From Hemiscyllium ocellatum (lineage: Eukaryota): a stretch of DNA of 64,000 bases. Below the pieces are notes generated by a model that saw only the letters and a list, made by a program, of their open reading frames with translations, made no database searches and was not told where the DNA came from. The stretch spans positions 35,712,001-35,776,000 of the forward strand of contig NC_083437.1 of assembly GCF_020745735.1 (NCBI RefSeq), read 5' to 3'. This document shows positions 27,080 to 40,904 of this stretch, one piece after another. Each line of letters starts with the position of its first letter. Position 1 is the stretch's first letter. Position numbers and translations under genes: made by a program.

Positions 27080-29176
27080 ACTTGATTGAAAATTATTTTT
27101 AATTTGGTTATTCTCCAGTCAGCAATGAGGATTGAAACAGCTTAACATTTTGTTTCACGAAATATGAACATTCTTTTCTCTTATTTTCTGATTGTTTTTT
27201 CCCCTTCAGCTTATTCCCATCTCTAAAACGAGTTATCCCTTGCAGTGGTATGGTTGCATCCTTGATGCTGAAGTCAAAATGATCTTCCTCCCAATTCAGC
27301 CAGCAGGTTATATGGTGCAATTTTAACCCCCAAAAACAGGTGGCTTTGGGTTGAATGGCAAGTTAAAATTAAGTTTTTTTGGTATTGGAAAAGAGACTGG
27401 GGAGTGAAGGAAGATGACCAGGTGAAAAGCTCACTCAGGGAGCAGTCCATCAGTCAGGGCTAGGAGCTATGATTTCCCAGATCTTGAGAAACTAGGCAGC
27501 TGAAGGGAAATGAGGATGGTTGCAAAAGATAAACACATTTCCAGCACTCCTGAGTGCTAAAATGAGACAAAGCATTTTCTCATTGCCTTCCAAGCCTACC
27601 AAGTTAATCATTCTGGCATTAGGTCCTCACGACCTAATCATCTCACAAACTGCCCTCCTCTGCCCACAATAACTTAAATGTATATTCATGTGCTTCGTGA
27701 ACTCGAGTACAACCACTTGTGGCCTACCCCAATTGGGACCAAACCTCTCCACAATAATCTTCTCTGATCTCCAGATACACCTCTAGAGTTTTCGATCACC
27801 GTCCTATCACTGTCCTCAGCCCTCTTAATACTCCAACAAAACTTTTTCTCTTCTGCTACACTGTGATATGATACCAGAGATCTAACCATCTAGCATTTCG
27901 ATTCAGAGCTGCACTCCAGAATTGGCTTTGAAAAGTGCCAATTAGATCCAGCTGTTAGGTTCTTTTCTGGATTACTAAAGTGATTCCAGCATAAACCTAG
28001 CTTCTCCCTGATGAAAAGTGACTGGAATTAACAATTTATTTTAGAAAAAAAAGCTACTTCAAATATATTCTACCCAATTACAGATTCAGTTTCCCAGATA
28101 GTGTTTTGCAAGTGACCTTACCTTCTTTGTAAAAAGGTTGGACAAACCAGACAATGGCATAAATCATGTCCACCACAAATCAACACATTTAGTATGACAT
28201 GGCACAAAGTTGCTTTCCAAACATGCATGGCCACCCTCAGTGAAAATTTCCAAAGCTATTCTAAAGCTTTTAAACAAACTTTTAATAATTTCCATCAATA
28301 CCATTTTAAAGTGGAGTGAGCCCTTGGCTAAGAACTAACAATCCCATCTGAATGTGGACAGAAGGTGATGGGTCCGGGATCCTCTAGAGTTGAGCCTTGC
28401 TATTCCTAGAGTCATACCAAATGTGGAATATTTAAAAAACACAGTATGTGCAGTACTCTAATTGGCTTTCAGCCAAAAAAGGTTGATAGGAAGCATGGAC
28501 CAGGTTTCTGAACTAAACAAAAATTAGTTATTATGAGTAAATAGACTATAGCTAAAAGTAAACAGGTATAAACTATTTACATACATCACTACTAACTAAA
28601 AAAAACTATAATCCTTTTATTAAACTGTCAAACACACAATGAGGGAAAAAAGATTATTGGCACAAGCAGACAAAAGAAACTGGAAAGTCAGTTCAGTGGT
28701 CTTTGCTCCCAATGTTGAGATGACCCATCTTTCACTCGCCAGACCCTTGATGATCAGTTGTCTCTCTGGAAGCTTCCATTGGATTGTAAGTAGTACAGAG
28801 AGACTGGAAAATAACTAATATATCAATTCACAAGAACAATTACAGGCAATGGAACTATTTTTCCAGAAGTTTAAACTAATTTTGTTTAGAACTACAGGAG
28901 AACAGGCAGCTTTGCCAATGAGAACAGCAGCACAGACTTCGGTGCCTTTTCCGTTTTTGTCTGTAACTTGTTTCCAGTTCCAACCTGCTTAGTCCCGTGA
29001 AAACCAATCAGCTTCACTTGTACACTTCTGCTCAACCCCTTAAATCATCTATACTATGTAGGAATCCATAGATACAGACTTCACAACAGGTATCAAAGAA
29101 GCAAGTTTTGGGAAGATTTGTGGCTCAGGTTGAGGTTTTGGATGTAGGTTTGCTCGCTGAGCTGAAAAGGTTCATT

Positions 29177-29218
29177 TCTAGACGTTTCATTACCATACTA
29201 GGTAACATCTTCAGTGGA
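29177..29218 (-). ncRNA. Minimal type-I hammerhead ribozyme motif (PLE)
   Basis: TCCA-CTGAAGA-t-GTTACC-tagtat-GGTAAT-GAAAC-GTC-TAGA; stem I has one mismatch. Confidence 0.65.
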
Positions 29219-30281
29219 CATCATGCAAAGCAATGCTGAAAATTCATGCTTTCTATGTTTGGGTTTATTTGGGTTGGTGATGTTATTTCCGGTGGTGAAG
29301 TCGCTTCCTGTTCCTTTTCTCAGGGGGTGGTAGGTGGGGTCTAACTCTGTGTTTGTTGATAGAGTTCTAGTTGGAATGCCATGCTTCTAGGAGTTCTCGT
29401 GCATGTCTTTGTTTGGCTTGTCCTAGGATGGATTTATTGTCCCAGTCGAAGTGTGTCCTTTCTCATCTGTATGTGAGGATACTAGGGAGGGAGGTTCATA
29501 TCTTTTTGTGGCTCGTTTTCTGCCGGTTTGTCCAATGTAGTGTTTTTGGTATGGTATTTTGTAAGTGACGTTATTTTTGCTCATTGTCTGTATAGGATCT
29601 TTAAGTTCATTAGCTGCTATTTTAGTGTGTTAGCGGGTTTGTGGGCTATGATGCCAAGGGGTTCGAGTAGTCTGGCAGTCATTTCCGAGATGACTTTGAT
29701 GTAGAGGAGAGTGACTAGGGTTTCTGGACGTGTTTTGTGTGCTTGTCTGCACTCTCCCCTACATCAAAGACATCTCGGAAATGACTGCCAGACTACTCAG
29801 ACCCCTTGGCATCATAGCCCACAAACCCACCGACGCACTAAAATAGCAGCTAATGAACTTGAAAGATCCTATACAGACAATGAGCAAAAATACCGTTTAC
29901 AAAATACCGTGCAAGGACTGTAACAAAACACTATGTTGGACAAACACCCAGAAAACTAGCCACCAGGATACATGAACACCAACTAGCCACAAAAAGACAC
30001 GACCCTCTCTCACTAGTATCCTCATATACAGATGGGGAAGGACAACACTTTGACTGGGACAATACATCCATCCTAGGGCAAGGCAAACAAAGACACACAC
30101 GAGAGCTCCTAGAAGCATGGCATTCCAACCAGAACTCTAAATCAACAAACACATCAAGTTAGACCCCATCTACCACCCGCTGAGAAAAGGAACAGGAAGT
30201 GACTTCACCACAGAAAATAACATCACCCCAGGAAGTGACATTATCAACCCAAACATATAAATAGAAAGAAGGAATTTTCAG

Positions 30282-30410
30282 GATTTGGAGATGCTGGTGT
30301 TGGACTGGGGTGTACAAAATTTAAAAAAATCACATCACCAGTTTATAGTCCAACAGGTTTAACTGGAAGCACACTAGCTTTCAGAGCGTTGCTCCTTCAT
30401 CAGGTGGTAG
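30282..30410 (-). mobile_element. Short terminal-repeat fragment of another PLE-like family nested in the right arm
   Basis: Interrupts arm homology (aattttcag...gagcattgc); carries a hammerhead motif. Confidence 0.65.
30372..30406 (-). ncRNA. Minimal hammerhead ribozyme motif, AGCU-palindrome type
   Basis: CAC-CTGATGA-a-GGAGC-aac-GCTCT-GAAAG-CTA-GTG. Confidence 0.7.
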
Positions 30411-32771
30411 TGAGCATTGCTTTGCATAACATCCACTGAAGATGTTGCCTAGCAAAGATAACAAAACATCTGGAAATGAACCTTTCAGCTCAGCAAGCAA
30501 GCCTACATCCAGGTATCAAATTCCTTGCTGTGAAATTATGCAGCCATCTGGTAAATCCTTCTAGTTTTCCTAAAATAAATATTTCTCTTCTTATAGTCCA
30601 CAGTATTTAAAGACAGCATTAAAAAGTCATGGTTCTTACACAACCCCATGTCAGACAGTGAGAGAGAGTTGAATTTATTGTGTAGGATGAGGAGAGGCAT
30701 TCAATTCAAGAAAGTTTTTTGTCCAAAACAAGAGAAACAAAAATACAGCACTTTCTTAAATCTTGAGGCAGTTACCGCAAAGGCACAATGGGGAAAGTCC
30801 ATTTTCTATGGCTCTCTTGCTATCATAATATGGAGTGCTTTTCTTAATATATTCTTTCAAGAGATATAGACAATGCAGGTTAGGCCATCTTTAATCAATT
30901 TTCACTATTGCTTTTGAGATGGTTGTGGTAAGCCAGCTCCCTGAATGGCTGATTTCCATGAATTGTAGGTATATCCATGGTGCTGTTAGGCTGAAAGTTC
31001 CAGAAATTTGACCCAGCAACAGTGAACAAAGGGCAGTATAGATGAATTGTTGGAAACTGTGCAAAAGCCCTCAGGCTATATGTTTGACATGGGACGAGTA
31101 TTATGAATATAAATGCAAATTACATAAGGCGCATTAGTTGCGTCACTTACAGTACTGTTTTCACTTTATATAAGACAACTTTGAACTGTCATATAATATA
31201 ACTTCACAAATTTAGTGAAGACAATTTTGGTGGAAAAAACAAAAGTACAAAGATCTACGTGCGCTTTAGTCGAGAACTCATTTGTATACTTTCGTAACTT
31301 TCCTCTCAATGTTTTCCACATGGCCACTGTAACCTCAGCAGAAGATAGGAGGGAATCTCAGAGAGACATGTTAACAGTGTTTCTCTTAAGCTGTGCTGGT
31401 GAGGGAGAGATCACTTTTGTTGTTTTCAAGTTGTCATGTATCAATTCAGAAAAATGAGGATGGAAACAATTTAGTCAGTTTACAAGTAAAAGTAATATTT
31501 TAATGTTTGTCAAATTCCTAAGAAAACACTGCAATTGCACTAAAAAATTTAAATGCAAGTAAGTTACAATGTATAATCTAGTTTTCTTTTAATCACAACT
31601 TTGTGGTTGTGTTATCTTTAAAATTAGAATTGGTAACCTTCTCTCCACACTGCTGCTTAAACTCCCACATCCTGCAGTTTTCAAAGCTAGATAAGATTTT
31701 TTTCATAAAAGCACTATCGTCAACCAGTCTTTGGAGAAAATTCACAACAACCAGTGAATGAAATATTGAAAGAGTCAAGATCAATATTTTGAGTTCTAGT
31801 CTGTTGATTTCATAAATAGCTATGATAAGAACTTAAATTTTATTTTGAATATGAATTATTCAAAACACTATCATTTCCAACCATTTTGTGCCTGTACTTT
31901 GCAATCAAATCCTCAAATGGTGTATGATTATATTTAATTTGATATGTGCTTTTAATGTCTATTCTATTACATTACTATACTTTACAGCAAATATTATTTG
32001 TTATAATACACTAAACTTGATATGATGACATGATAAAAAAAATGATACTCATTTACTGTTAGTGCATAACTGCTTGAGCCAAATTTGTCTGTATTTGATG
32101 TTCATTTTAAGCAACTACCATCTTTAGTAATAATGCTATAGCTTAATGAAGTTAATTTGTTCCATATCAAATCTAAATTAAGGCACTATATATGCACACA
32201 TTAATATCCTGTACTAAATTTCACACTAAATGAAACTGCTGATGGAAAATCTAAATGGTTTTCAGTTTTCAAAGACATCAGTTTCAATTTTACCGAAAAT
32301 TGTAGAGATTTTCCTTTCAGAAGCCGTAGTCACTTTCAAATTCGAAGTACCTGTTGTGCATGGCAAAAATATTCTTGCATTCATAATCAAATTATAGATT
32401 AATCATTTTCACACATTTTATTTAGAATACATATCGAGTATAGTTTAATCCACAGAAGTACTTAATTCCATCCAGATGGTTGTAGGAATGGTTGATGTTG
32501 AAATGAGACTGCTGCATAGAGAACCTGCTCCTGACAGCTATTTATTTGGTACTCCATTGTAACTGTACAAGATTTTCCTGCTGCAATGTATCTCCATTAT
32601 GCTTGCCTAACAAAGGAACAGATCTAACTACTTAAAATAAAACACTTCATTTAACATATGTCCAAGAACATCCATTCGATGCTATATGTGATACACAAAA
32701 GTAAGAAATGCAGACCATGGAGAATCACAATATAAATGTGGTTTACCTAAAACAAACAGGGTTCTTGAAGT

Positions 32772-33935
32772 TATGGAGTCAGTCAGAGATGTACAGCACA
32801 GAAACAGACCCTTCGGTCCGATTCATCTTTGCCGACCAGATACCCTAACCAAATCTCGTCCCACTTGCCAGCACTTGGCTCATATTCCTCTAAACCCTTC
32901 CTATTCATGCACCCATTCAGATGCCTTTTAAAATGTTGTAATTGTACCAGTCTCCACCACTTTCATGGCAGCTCATTCCATACACTCGCCACCCTCTGCG
33001 TGAAAAAGTTGTCTCCTAGGTCCCATTTATATCTTTCACCCTCACCCTAAACCTATGCCCTCTAGTTCTGGGCTCTCCAACACCAAGGAAAAGACTTTGT
33101 CTATTTATCCTATCCATGCCCCACATGCTTTTATAAAACCTCTAGAAGGTCACCCTTCAGCCTCTGATGCTCCAGGGAAAACAACCCCAGCCTATTCAGC
33201 CTCTTCCTACAGCTCAAATCCTCCAACCCTGGCAACGTCCTTGTAAATCTTTTCTGAACCCTTCCAAGTTTCACAACATCCTTCTAATAGGAAGGAGACC
33301 AGAATTGCATGCAATATTGCATAAGTGGCCTAACCAATGTCCCTTACAGGCACAACATGATCTCCCAACTCCTATCCTCAATGCTCTGATCAGTAGAGAA
33401 AAGCATACCAAATTCCTTCTTCAACATCCGACCTACCAGCAGCTCTACTTTCAAGGTGAACCTGCACTCCAAGGTCTCTTTGTTCAGCAACACTCCCAAG
33501 ACCTTACCATTGTGTGTGTAAGTCCTGCTAAGATTTGCTTTTCCAAAATACAGCACCTCACATTTATCTAAATTAAACTCTATCTGCCATTCCTCAGCCC
33601 ATTGGCCCAGTTGATCAAGGTTGCGTAGTAATCTGAGGTAACTTTTTTTGTTGTCCACTACATCTCCAATCTTGGTCTCATCTGCAAACTAGCTCATTAT
33701 GCCTCTTAAGTTTACATCCAAATCATATAAAATGATGAAAAGTAGTGGACGCAGCACCAATCCTTGTGGCACACCATTGGTCATAGGCCTCCAGTCTGAA
33801 AAGCAATCCTCCACTGCCACCCTCAGTTTTCTACCATCGTGCCAGTTCTGTATCCAAATGCTATTTCTGCCTGTATTCCATGAGATCTAACCTTGCTAAC
33901 TAGTCACCCATGTGGAACCTAATTGAATGCCTTAA
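32772..33935 (-). mobile_element. CR1/HER1 LINE, 5'-truncated
   Basis: LDQLGQWAEEWQIEFNLDKCEV, GVPQG motif, 3' UTR. Confidence 0.88.
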
Positions 33936-34619
33936 AGTTGCAGGGCATAACCTTTATTTCTAGATTTTTATTTTATTGGCTTGATGTTTTTCCAGACATT
34001 GAGAGCATTCAACTCAGATCAACTGACTTATGTTAATTTTAGACAGTCTATTAGTCTGTGTCGTAGATATTTTTATTCAAACTGTTCAGACATGTGATGA
34101 CGAACCTTTGTGGCAGGTTGGACTTTAAATTTGCTATTTTAATTGGTAGAATATGGAGAACATTAAACATTTGGTTGGCAAATTAGGGAACTGGGTGGCA
34201 GGAAATATTCAGGATGACAAAGCAGTGGCAAGAAACCAAAACACAAAAAAAAAGGAAGGGTAATTAAAGGCAGCCTCTATATGTGATAATATAAGGGACT
34301 TTGCTGAATAAAAAAATTGAAGCTTGCTTTGCAGTAGGTGACAGATGAGGCTAATGAATTGATAGAAACTGCAGGACAGAGAAATAAATGCAAAAGATGA
34401 TACCAAATCTTCAAAATGCCATAGCAAAGTCACGAACAATTGTTAAACCAGATAGATGACCCATTTATGCATGCCACCTGACAACTTTGTGCACATTTCC
34501 TGGTAATGCTGACTAGTGAACAGAATGATCTTCAGCTCCATGGTGTGACAGAACAGGAGCAGCACAAGTTATTACCTCAAAATGTAAGCATGTTTACACT
34601 CTTGCAACCTCCTCAACTA

Positions 34620-36315
34620 GTATTTACCATGTTGAGATATAAAATGAGTATTTTGCATTGGTACTTACTGTGGAGAAGGATATGGTAGCTGGAGAACTTG
34701 GAGAAATCGTGATATCTCGGAAAGTATCCATATTACAGAGATGCTGGTGCTGGAGGTCTTAAAATGCATCAAGGTGGTTAAATCCCTGGGACCGGATCAG
34801 ATGTATCCTACAACATTGTGGGAAGCTAGGGAAGTGATTGCTGGGCCCCTTGCTGAGATATCTGGATCATTGATAGCCAAGTGTGAGGTGCTGGAAGACT
34901 GGAGGCGGCTAATATGGTGCTATTATTTAAGGAAGGTGGCAAGGAAAATCCAGTGAACTATAGACTGGTGAGCATGATATCATTGGTGGGCAAGTTGTTG
35001 GAGGGGATTCTGAGCGATGAATTTCATGCACTTGGAAAGGCAAGGACTGATTGGGGATAGTCAACATGGTTTTTGTTTGGGAAATCATGTCTCACTAACA
35101 TGATTGAGTTTTTTTAAAAAGAAGAAAAGAAGAGTATTGATGAGGGCAGAGCAGTGGACATTATCTATATGGACTTCAGTAAGGCATCACACAAGGTTCT
35201 CCATGGTAGCCTGGTTAGCAAGGTTAGATCACATTGGACCCGAAGGTAGAAGACAGAGGATGGTGGTTGAGGGTTGCTTTTCAGATTGGAAGTCTGTGAC
35301 CAGTGGTGTGCCACAAGGATCGGTGCTGCATCCACTGCTTTTTGTCATTTGCATAAATGATTTGGATGTGAACACAGGAGATACAGTTAGTAGGTTTGCA
35401 GATGACATCAAAATTGGAGTGTAGTGGATATCGAAGGTTCCCTCAGAATACCATGGGACCTTAATCGGATTGGCCAATGGGCCGAGAAGTGCCACATAGA
35501 GTTTAATTTAGACAAATGTGAGGTGTTGCATCTTGGATAGGCAAATCAGGACATGATGTACATGCTTAAATGGAAAGTCCTGGGGAGTGTTATCAAATAA
35601 AAACAAAAAGAGTATTTGGAGTGCAGGTTCATAGTTCCTTGAAAGTGGAATAGCAGGTGGACAGGGTGGTGAAGGTGACATTTGGTTTACTCGGCTATAT
35701 TGGTCAGTGTGTTAAGTACAGGAGTTGAGACATCATGTAATGGCTATATAGAAATTGGTTAGGCCACTTTTGGATTACTGTGTGCAATTCTGGTCTCTCC
35801 ACTATAGGAAGGAGTTATGAAACTCAAAAGGTTCAGAAAAGATTTAAAAGGATTTTGCCAGGGTTGGAGGGTTTGAGCTATAGGCAGATGCTAAATAGGC
35901 GGGTGCAGTTTTCCCTGGAGCATTGGATCTGGAGGGGTGACCTTGTAGAGATTTATAAAATCATGAAGAAAAGAATAGGGTGAATAGCTAAGGTCTTTTC
36001 CCCCGGGGTAGGGGAGTCCAAAACAAGAGGGCAGGAGTTTAAGGTGAGAGGGAAAGGATTTAAAAGGAACCTGAGGGGCAACGTTTTCCACACAGAAGGT
36101 GGTGCACATACAGAATGAGCTGCCAGAGAAAGTGGTTGAGACTGATACAAATACAACATTTAAAAGGGCATCTGGATGGGTATATGAATAGGAAGGGTTT
36201 AGAGGGAGACGGACCAAATTCTGGCAAATGTGAGTAGATTAATTTAAGATATCTAGTCAGCATGGATGAGTTGGACCAAAGAGTCTGTTTCCATGCAGTA
36301 TCTCTATGATTCTAT
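34620..36315 (+). mobile_element. CR1/HER1 LINE, 5'-truncated, degenerate RT
   Basis: IKVVKSLGPD, SGVPQGSVL, FADD; 3' tail ctatgattctat. Confidence 0.9.
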
Positions 36316-38664
36316 GTTGCCAGAAAGTCAGCTCAGCTAAATTGTTCCATCTGGTTTACTCATATCCTTTATGTAAGGAAACTGCCAGCCTTATGTGGTC
36401 TGGCCTACATGTGACTTCAGAACCACAGCAATGTGGTTGACACTTAACAGCCCTCTCAGCAATTAGGGATGAGTAATAAACATTGGCCTGGCCAGCGATG
36501 CTCATATCTCATGAAGTAATTTTTTTTAAAAAAGCAGCAGCTTATGTTATAATAATCTACAAGCAGTCCCTCACAAGTGCCAGCACCTGTCAGAGTCAGT
36601 TGGCTGGAGGGCTAGTTAATGAACAAAATGATGCTAACAGTGCAGGTTGAATTCCTACATTGGCTGAGGTTCCCACCAAAGTCCCATCTTCTCAAGCTCG
36701 ACCTTTGTCGGTGGTGTAGTGACTGCCAGAAATCTCTCAATCTCTTTCTCTCTAATGAGAGAGCAGCCCAATGACTATGGTGACTTTTACCACCACCTGC
36801 ATTTTACCATGCACAAACATCCATAGGGTCTCAACCCAAGTAACAATAGCCTTCCGTAACATTACAAACGTATCTCATTGAGCTTCCTTGTAATAATAAT
36901 TGACATTTCTGTAAGAAATGCATTCAAGATGGTTGTTGTATTCATCATTCCACCAATTGCCTTTATTATATTTGACACTTTTGTTCACATGGTTCTTTTC
37001 AAGCAAATGCAGAAAGCAAGTAGGTATGCAAATATTATGCTGGCCTTTATTGCAAGAGGATTCAAGTATATGAGTAAGCCTTGCTTAAATTCTGTAAAAC
37101 TTGAGTGAGATTGCACCTGAAAAGTTTGGGTCGTCTTACCCAAGGGGAAATATACTTTCCAATGTAGGAATGAAGGTGTAGGATCTTCAGACTAACTCCT
37201 GGTGTGGCTGTAAATAACTCCACAGAGGCCGGTATCCTGTCACCAGGTCATGCTTTATTTACACGTGCAAAGTACTTGACACTGATCCAGCTTCCTCAGA
37301 GCCAGCTCTGAGAGCGAACTGCATCTTTGAAATCACCACTTGCAAATGACCTTCCAAGTTACACATCTCGACAAGGAACTACACCGCTGTTCCTTCACTG
37401 GTCAGAGTCAAAGTCTAAGAACACACTTCCTAATAGCGCTATGGTATGCCTACAATGTGAAATGTAGCAGTTCAAAAAAAAAAGGTGGCTCACTACCACT
37501 TTCAAGGGTAATTAAGGATAGGCATTAAAAGCTGAATGGATCTTCTTTAGGGTATTAATTAAATCATAGGAATCAGATCTACTTGCTGGGAGCAACCATT
37601 TAATTTTGGTAGGTTTTCTGCATTGAAATACAATGAGCAATTAAAATGGCAACAAGAGAATTACTACACAATTCTGAGGTTGTAAGTCAAATTTCTGTTT
37701 TAAAAGCATCTCACTTTGTTCTTACTGGAAAGGGTGAGTAGGAATTGACTAGATTTAGTGGAATTTATAGCCAGCATGATATCCCTTTATGTTGTGCACA
37801 GTAGATAGTTTGCTACATGATTACTAAATAATAATGTAAGGTACTAGCAAACAGTCCAATTTCTGAGCATGCTCATTTACCATGACAAATTCTAACGATA
37901 GTTATACACTTTCTTTTTGGCTTTCCAAGCAGAGTACAAATAAAGTAATTTCAGAATGTAGGAAACAGGGCATCATACATTTTTGTTTTGTATACAGTTT
38001 TATGTTATGGTGTGAAATCAAACATTGTTCTGCTTCACACTCAGATCCATCTAAAAGACCCTAATAAATAAGATCTTCCCACATTTCTTGTCAATTTTAA
38101 ATTCACACTTCTAATGGTAGCTTTCCAGTTAAATTTACATTGCTGCAATTACTTGTTCCTCCCAACACGCCCAAATCAACCCAGGTAAGATAACTTAATT
38201 GCACAGTGACAAGCTTACGTTGTTAATATCAAATACTAGCAAACTACATAGAAAGAAATTACAAAAAAAATTAAAATAAGACTGCAATATATATGCCAAC
38301 AATTCTAAGAGCATCATTCTAAGAGCAACGAAGGTCAGGAGATCCTCCACCTGTAACAATGATGATCCCAGACTGGAGGGCCAGCAAACTTACATTGTTA
38401 GAAATGCAAAGGCTACATAAATGCAGCTTTCAAATCAGCTATGTTGGGAGCATAAAATAGCAGCAAGAGTTAGGCCTCAGTCTTTCTTCCGAGATTTCAA
38501 GATTTTCTTTTGAGTGCTCCCCGTCCCTGGACTTTAATAAAAACTTCAGATCTGGGCAACAATGGCCAGGCAGAATTTAATGCTCACAACTGAGTCCAAG
38601 GTCTTCCCTATTGTTTGCAGATCTTTCTTTCTCTAGATCTTCAGACTTTCCTATACTGTTTTCT

Positions 38665-39230
38665 TTACAAATTCATTGAATGTATGATATATTGGCAAGG
38701 CCAGTTTTGCTGCCTATTCCCTATTTTCCCTTTGGATAGTGGAGAGCTGCCTTCTTGAGCCACTGAGATCCAGGTGTGTCAGGTAACCCAGTGGGGGCAT
38801 TCCAAGATTTGTTCTGTTACTGGAGAAATGATGACAATTCCAAACACGTCTGCAGCTCTTGTCCACGTAGGTAATAGAGGTTGCAGGTTTAAAAGGACTA
38901 TCAAAAGGGGTCTTGCTAAGTTCCTGCAGTGCATCTGGTAGATGGTAGCCACTTTTGTCACTATGCGCTGGGGTATTGGATGCTGATTAAGCTACCCTTG
39001 TCCTGGATGGTGTCAAGTGTCTCAGTTGAAGGACCACACATCCAGGCAAGGAGTATTCCATCACAATTCTTTATCAATGGTAGACAGGCTTTGGGAGTCA
39101 GAAAGAATCTCAATTCCCAGTCTCTAAAACCAGCTCGTCAACCATGCTATTTTTATAGTTGGTCCAGTTATTTGTCACTTACCTTCCCAAGCCTGAAAGT
39201 TGTCCAGGTCTTGCTGTATGCTGGCAAGAT
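38665..39230 (-). mobile_element. Old L2/CR1-clade LINE 3' remnant (family B)
   Basis: Similar to 40905-41700 and the reverse complement of 58400-58960. Confidence 0.5.
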
Positions 39231-40904
39231 CCCGCTCACAGGTCCCAGTTCCTTGAAATTCTTACATAGCGTTGCAAAACCAGGAATCCCTTAACTGTTC
39301 TGCAGTTATCCTAGATACTAGATTTGCCAATACTGCTAATTCCTACGGTTTCACCAACAATACATGCACACTTTGGGATCCACTCCACTTATAGCATTAA
39401 TCCCAAATTTCTGCAGACCCTATGCTCCCAGTTCTGACTCCTTTATGTTTCTCCCCAAAGCTTTGACATCCTTGGATTGTTTCCCCGTGTGATCACCTTT
39501 TAATGAGAGGATCATGAGATCTCCTTTTAATATTTCCACATCCCAGGAATATTGGATATCTGTACCTCTTCCCAGTATAGGCACTACATACAGTCAGCTA
39601 GTGTTCCCAAGGTCTCTCTCCCACCTACTGTCTCTTCTGTGCTTCTCTCTATTTTTAAACATGTGCACTTAAATACTTGCATTAATGTTGCAACTTTAAA
39701 GTCATAGAACTATCACAAGGCCCCTCAGAGTATTACCAGATGCAATGTAACAGTTAATCACAAACAGTAAAGATGGTTTAAAAAAAAGGCCGAGGACAAA
39801 AAGACTTCTAGATCAACTGAACATGGTAAAAGGAAGAGGTTAGTGTGGTACACATTTTTAAAAACTGGAAATTACTCAGCTTTCTGTAAAATTAAAGCTA
39901 GTGAAATGATTATTGTTAGGCGATGATTGTATCTAACATGGGGAAAAAAAAACCATGCTCAGATGAAGCATAATTATGGGAAAGCAACTGAGTAGGTTTT
40001 AAAAGCAAACAACTATAGTCTGGCACAGAGCTGAAGTTTTAATTTAGACATTTTCTACTTGACCTGTTCAGATATGTTATTACTTCCACCTGGCAAAGAG
40101 GTAGAAGATTTTCATTTAACCTTGCCTAATCAACTTGTTGAAACAAGGTATTTAATTTGTGGAATTCAAATAAAAGTTCCCTTAGCGACAACCTGCAGTT
40201 CAGCAGTCTGATTCGGAAGTAGATAACTTAGTTGTTCATAATAGTCATTCAGTCTCAGTAACAGGTATTACAAACAGCTACTAATGATGCAGTAGTAGAG
40301 GTCTCTGGAAAAAAGGTCTGGTTTTACATCCCACTTGCCCCAGAGATGTGATATAGTATGTCTGTTTAATGTTCCTCGTAAATCATTATTGCCAAAAGGG
40401 ATACAGTACAAAGTAAAAGACTTTGAAAGGTCTCAGTACAGTATGTGACAGAACAAACTCTGAAGCGTAGATCCATGGTTAAATCTTGGGTGGCTGGGAA
40501 GACCAGAAGTACACAAAAGGGAGTAAGGGAGTAAGAGAAGGAAGACAAGAAACAGCTGTTCACTCATACCTGACTTTGATTGGTAGTTGATGCATAAAGT
40601 ATGTTTAAATATCGGCTGAAAAAGTCCAAGACAAGTTTGTTCCAATTACTGACACGCTGAAACTAAAAATGTATTTGAAAATTAGTTGTTTATTCATCCA
40701 ATTTATAATTTTAAACTGATTTAATTATGGCTCTGAATGGGTATGGTTTGAACAAAGTCAAACCGAAGAGATCCAAGGAGATTGCAAATTAGATTGGAGA
40801 AATTTTGGAAGTAAAATTCCAAATCTTCAACCATAGATAATTTTGTTAAAAAAAAACAATTAAATAGGAGGAGATTTTAGATAGTTTAACTAGCAACATT
40901 TTTT

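Larger units (their letters stand above)
29106..30512. mobile_element. Penelope-like element 3' part in inverted (head-to-head) configuration
   Basis: Right arm encodes GIY-YIG remnant (VYKIPCKDC..YVGQT..KLATRIHEH..HFDWDN..LEAWHS); left arm is its diverged reverse complement; centre 29714-29749. Confidence 0.85.
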
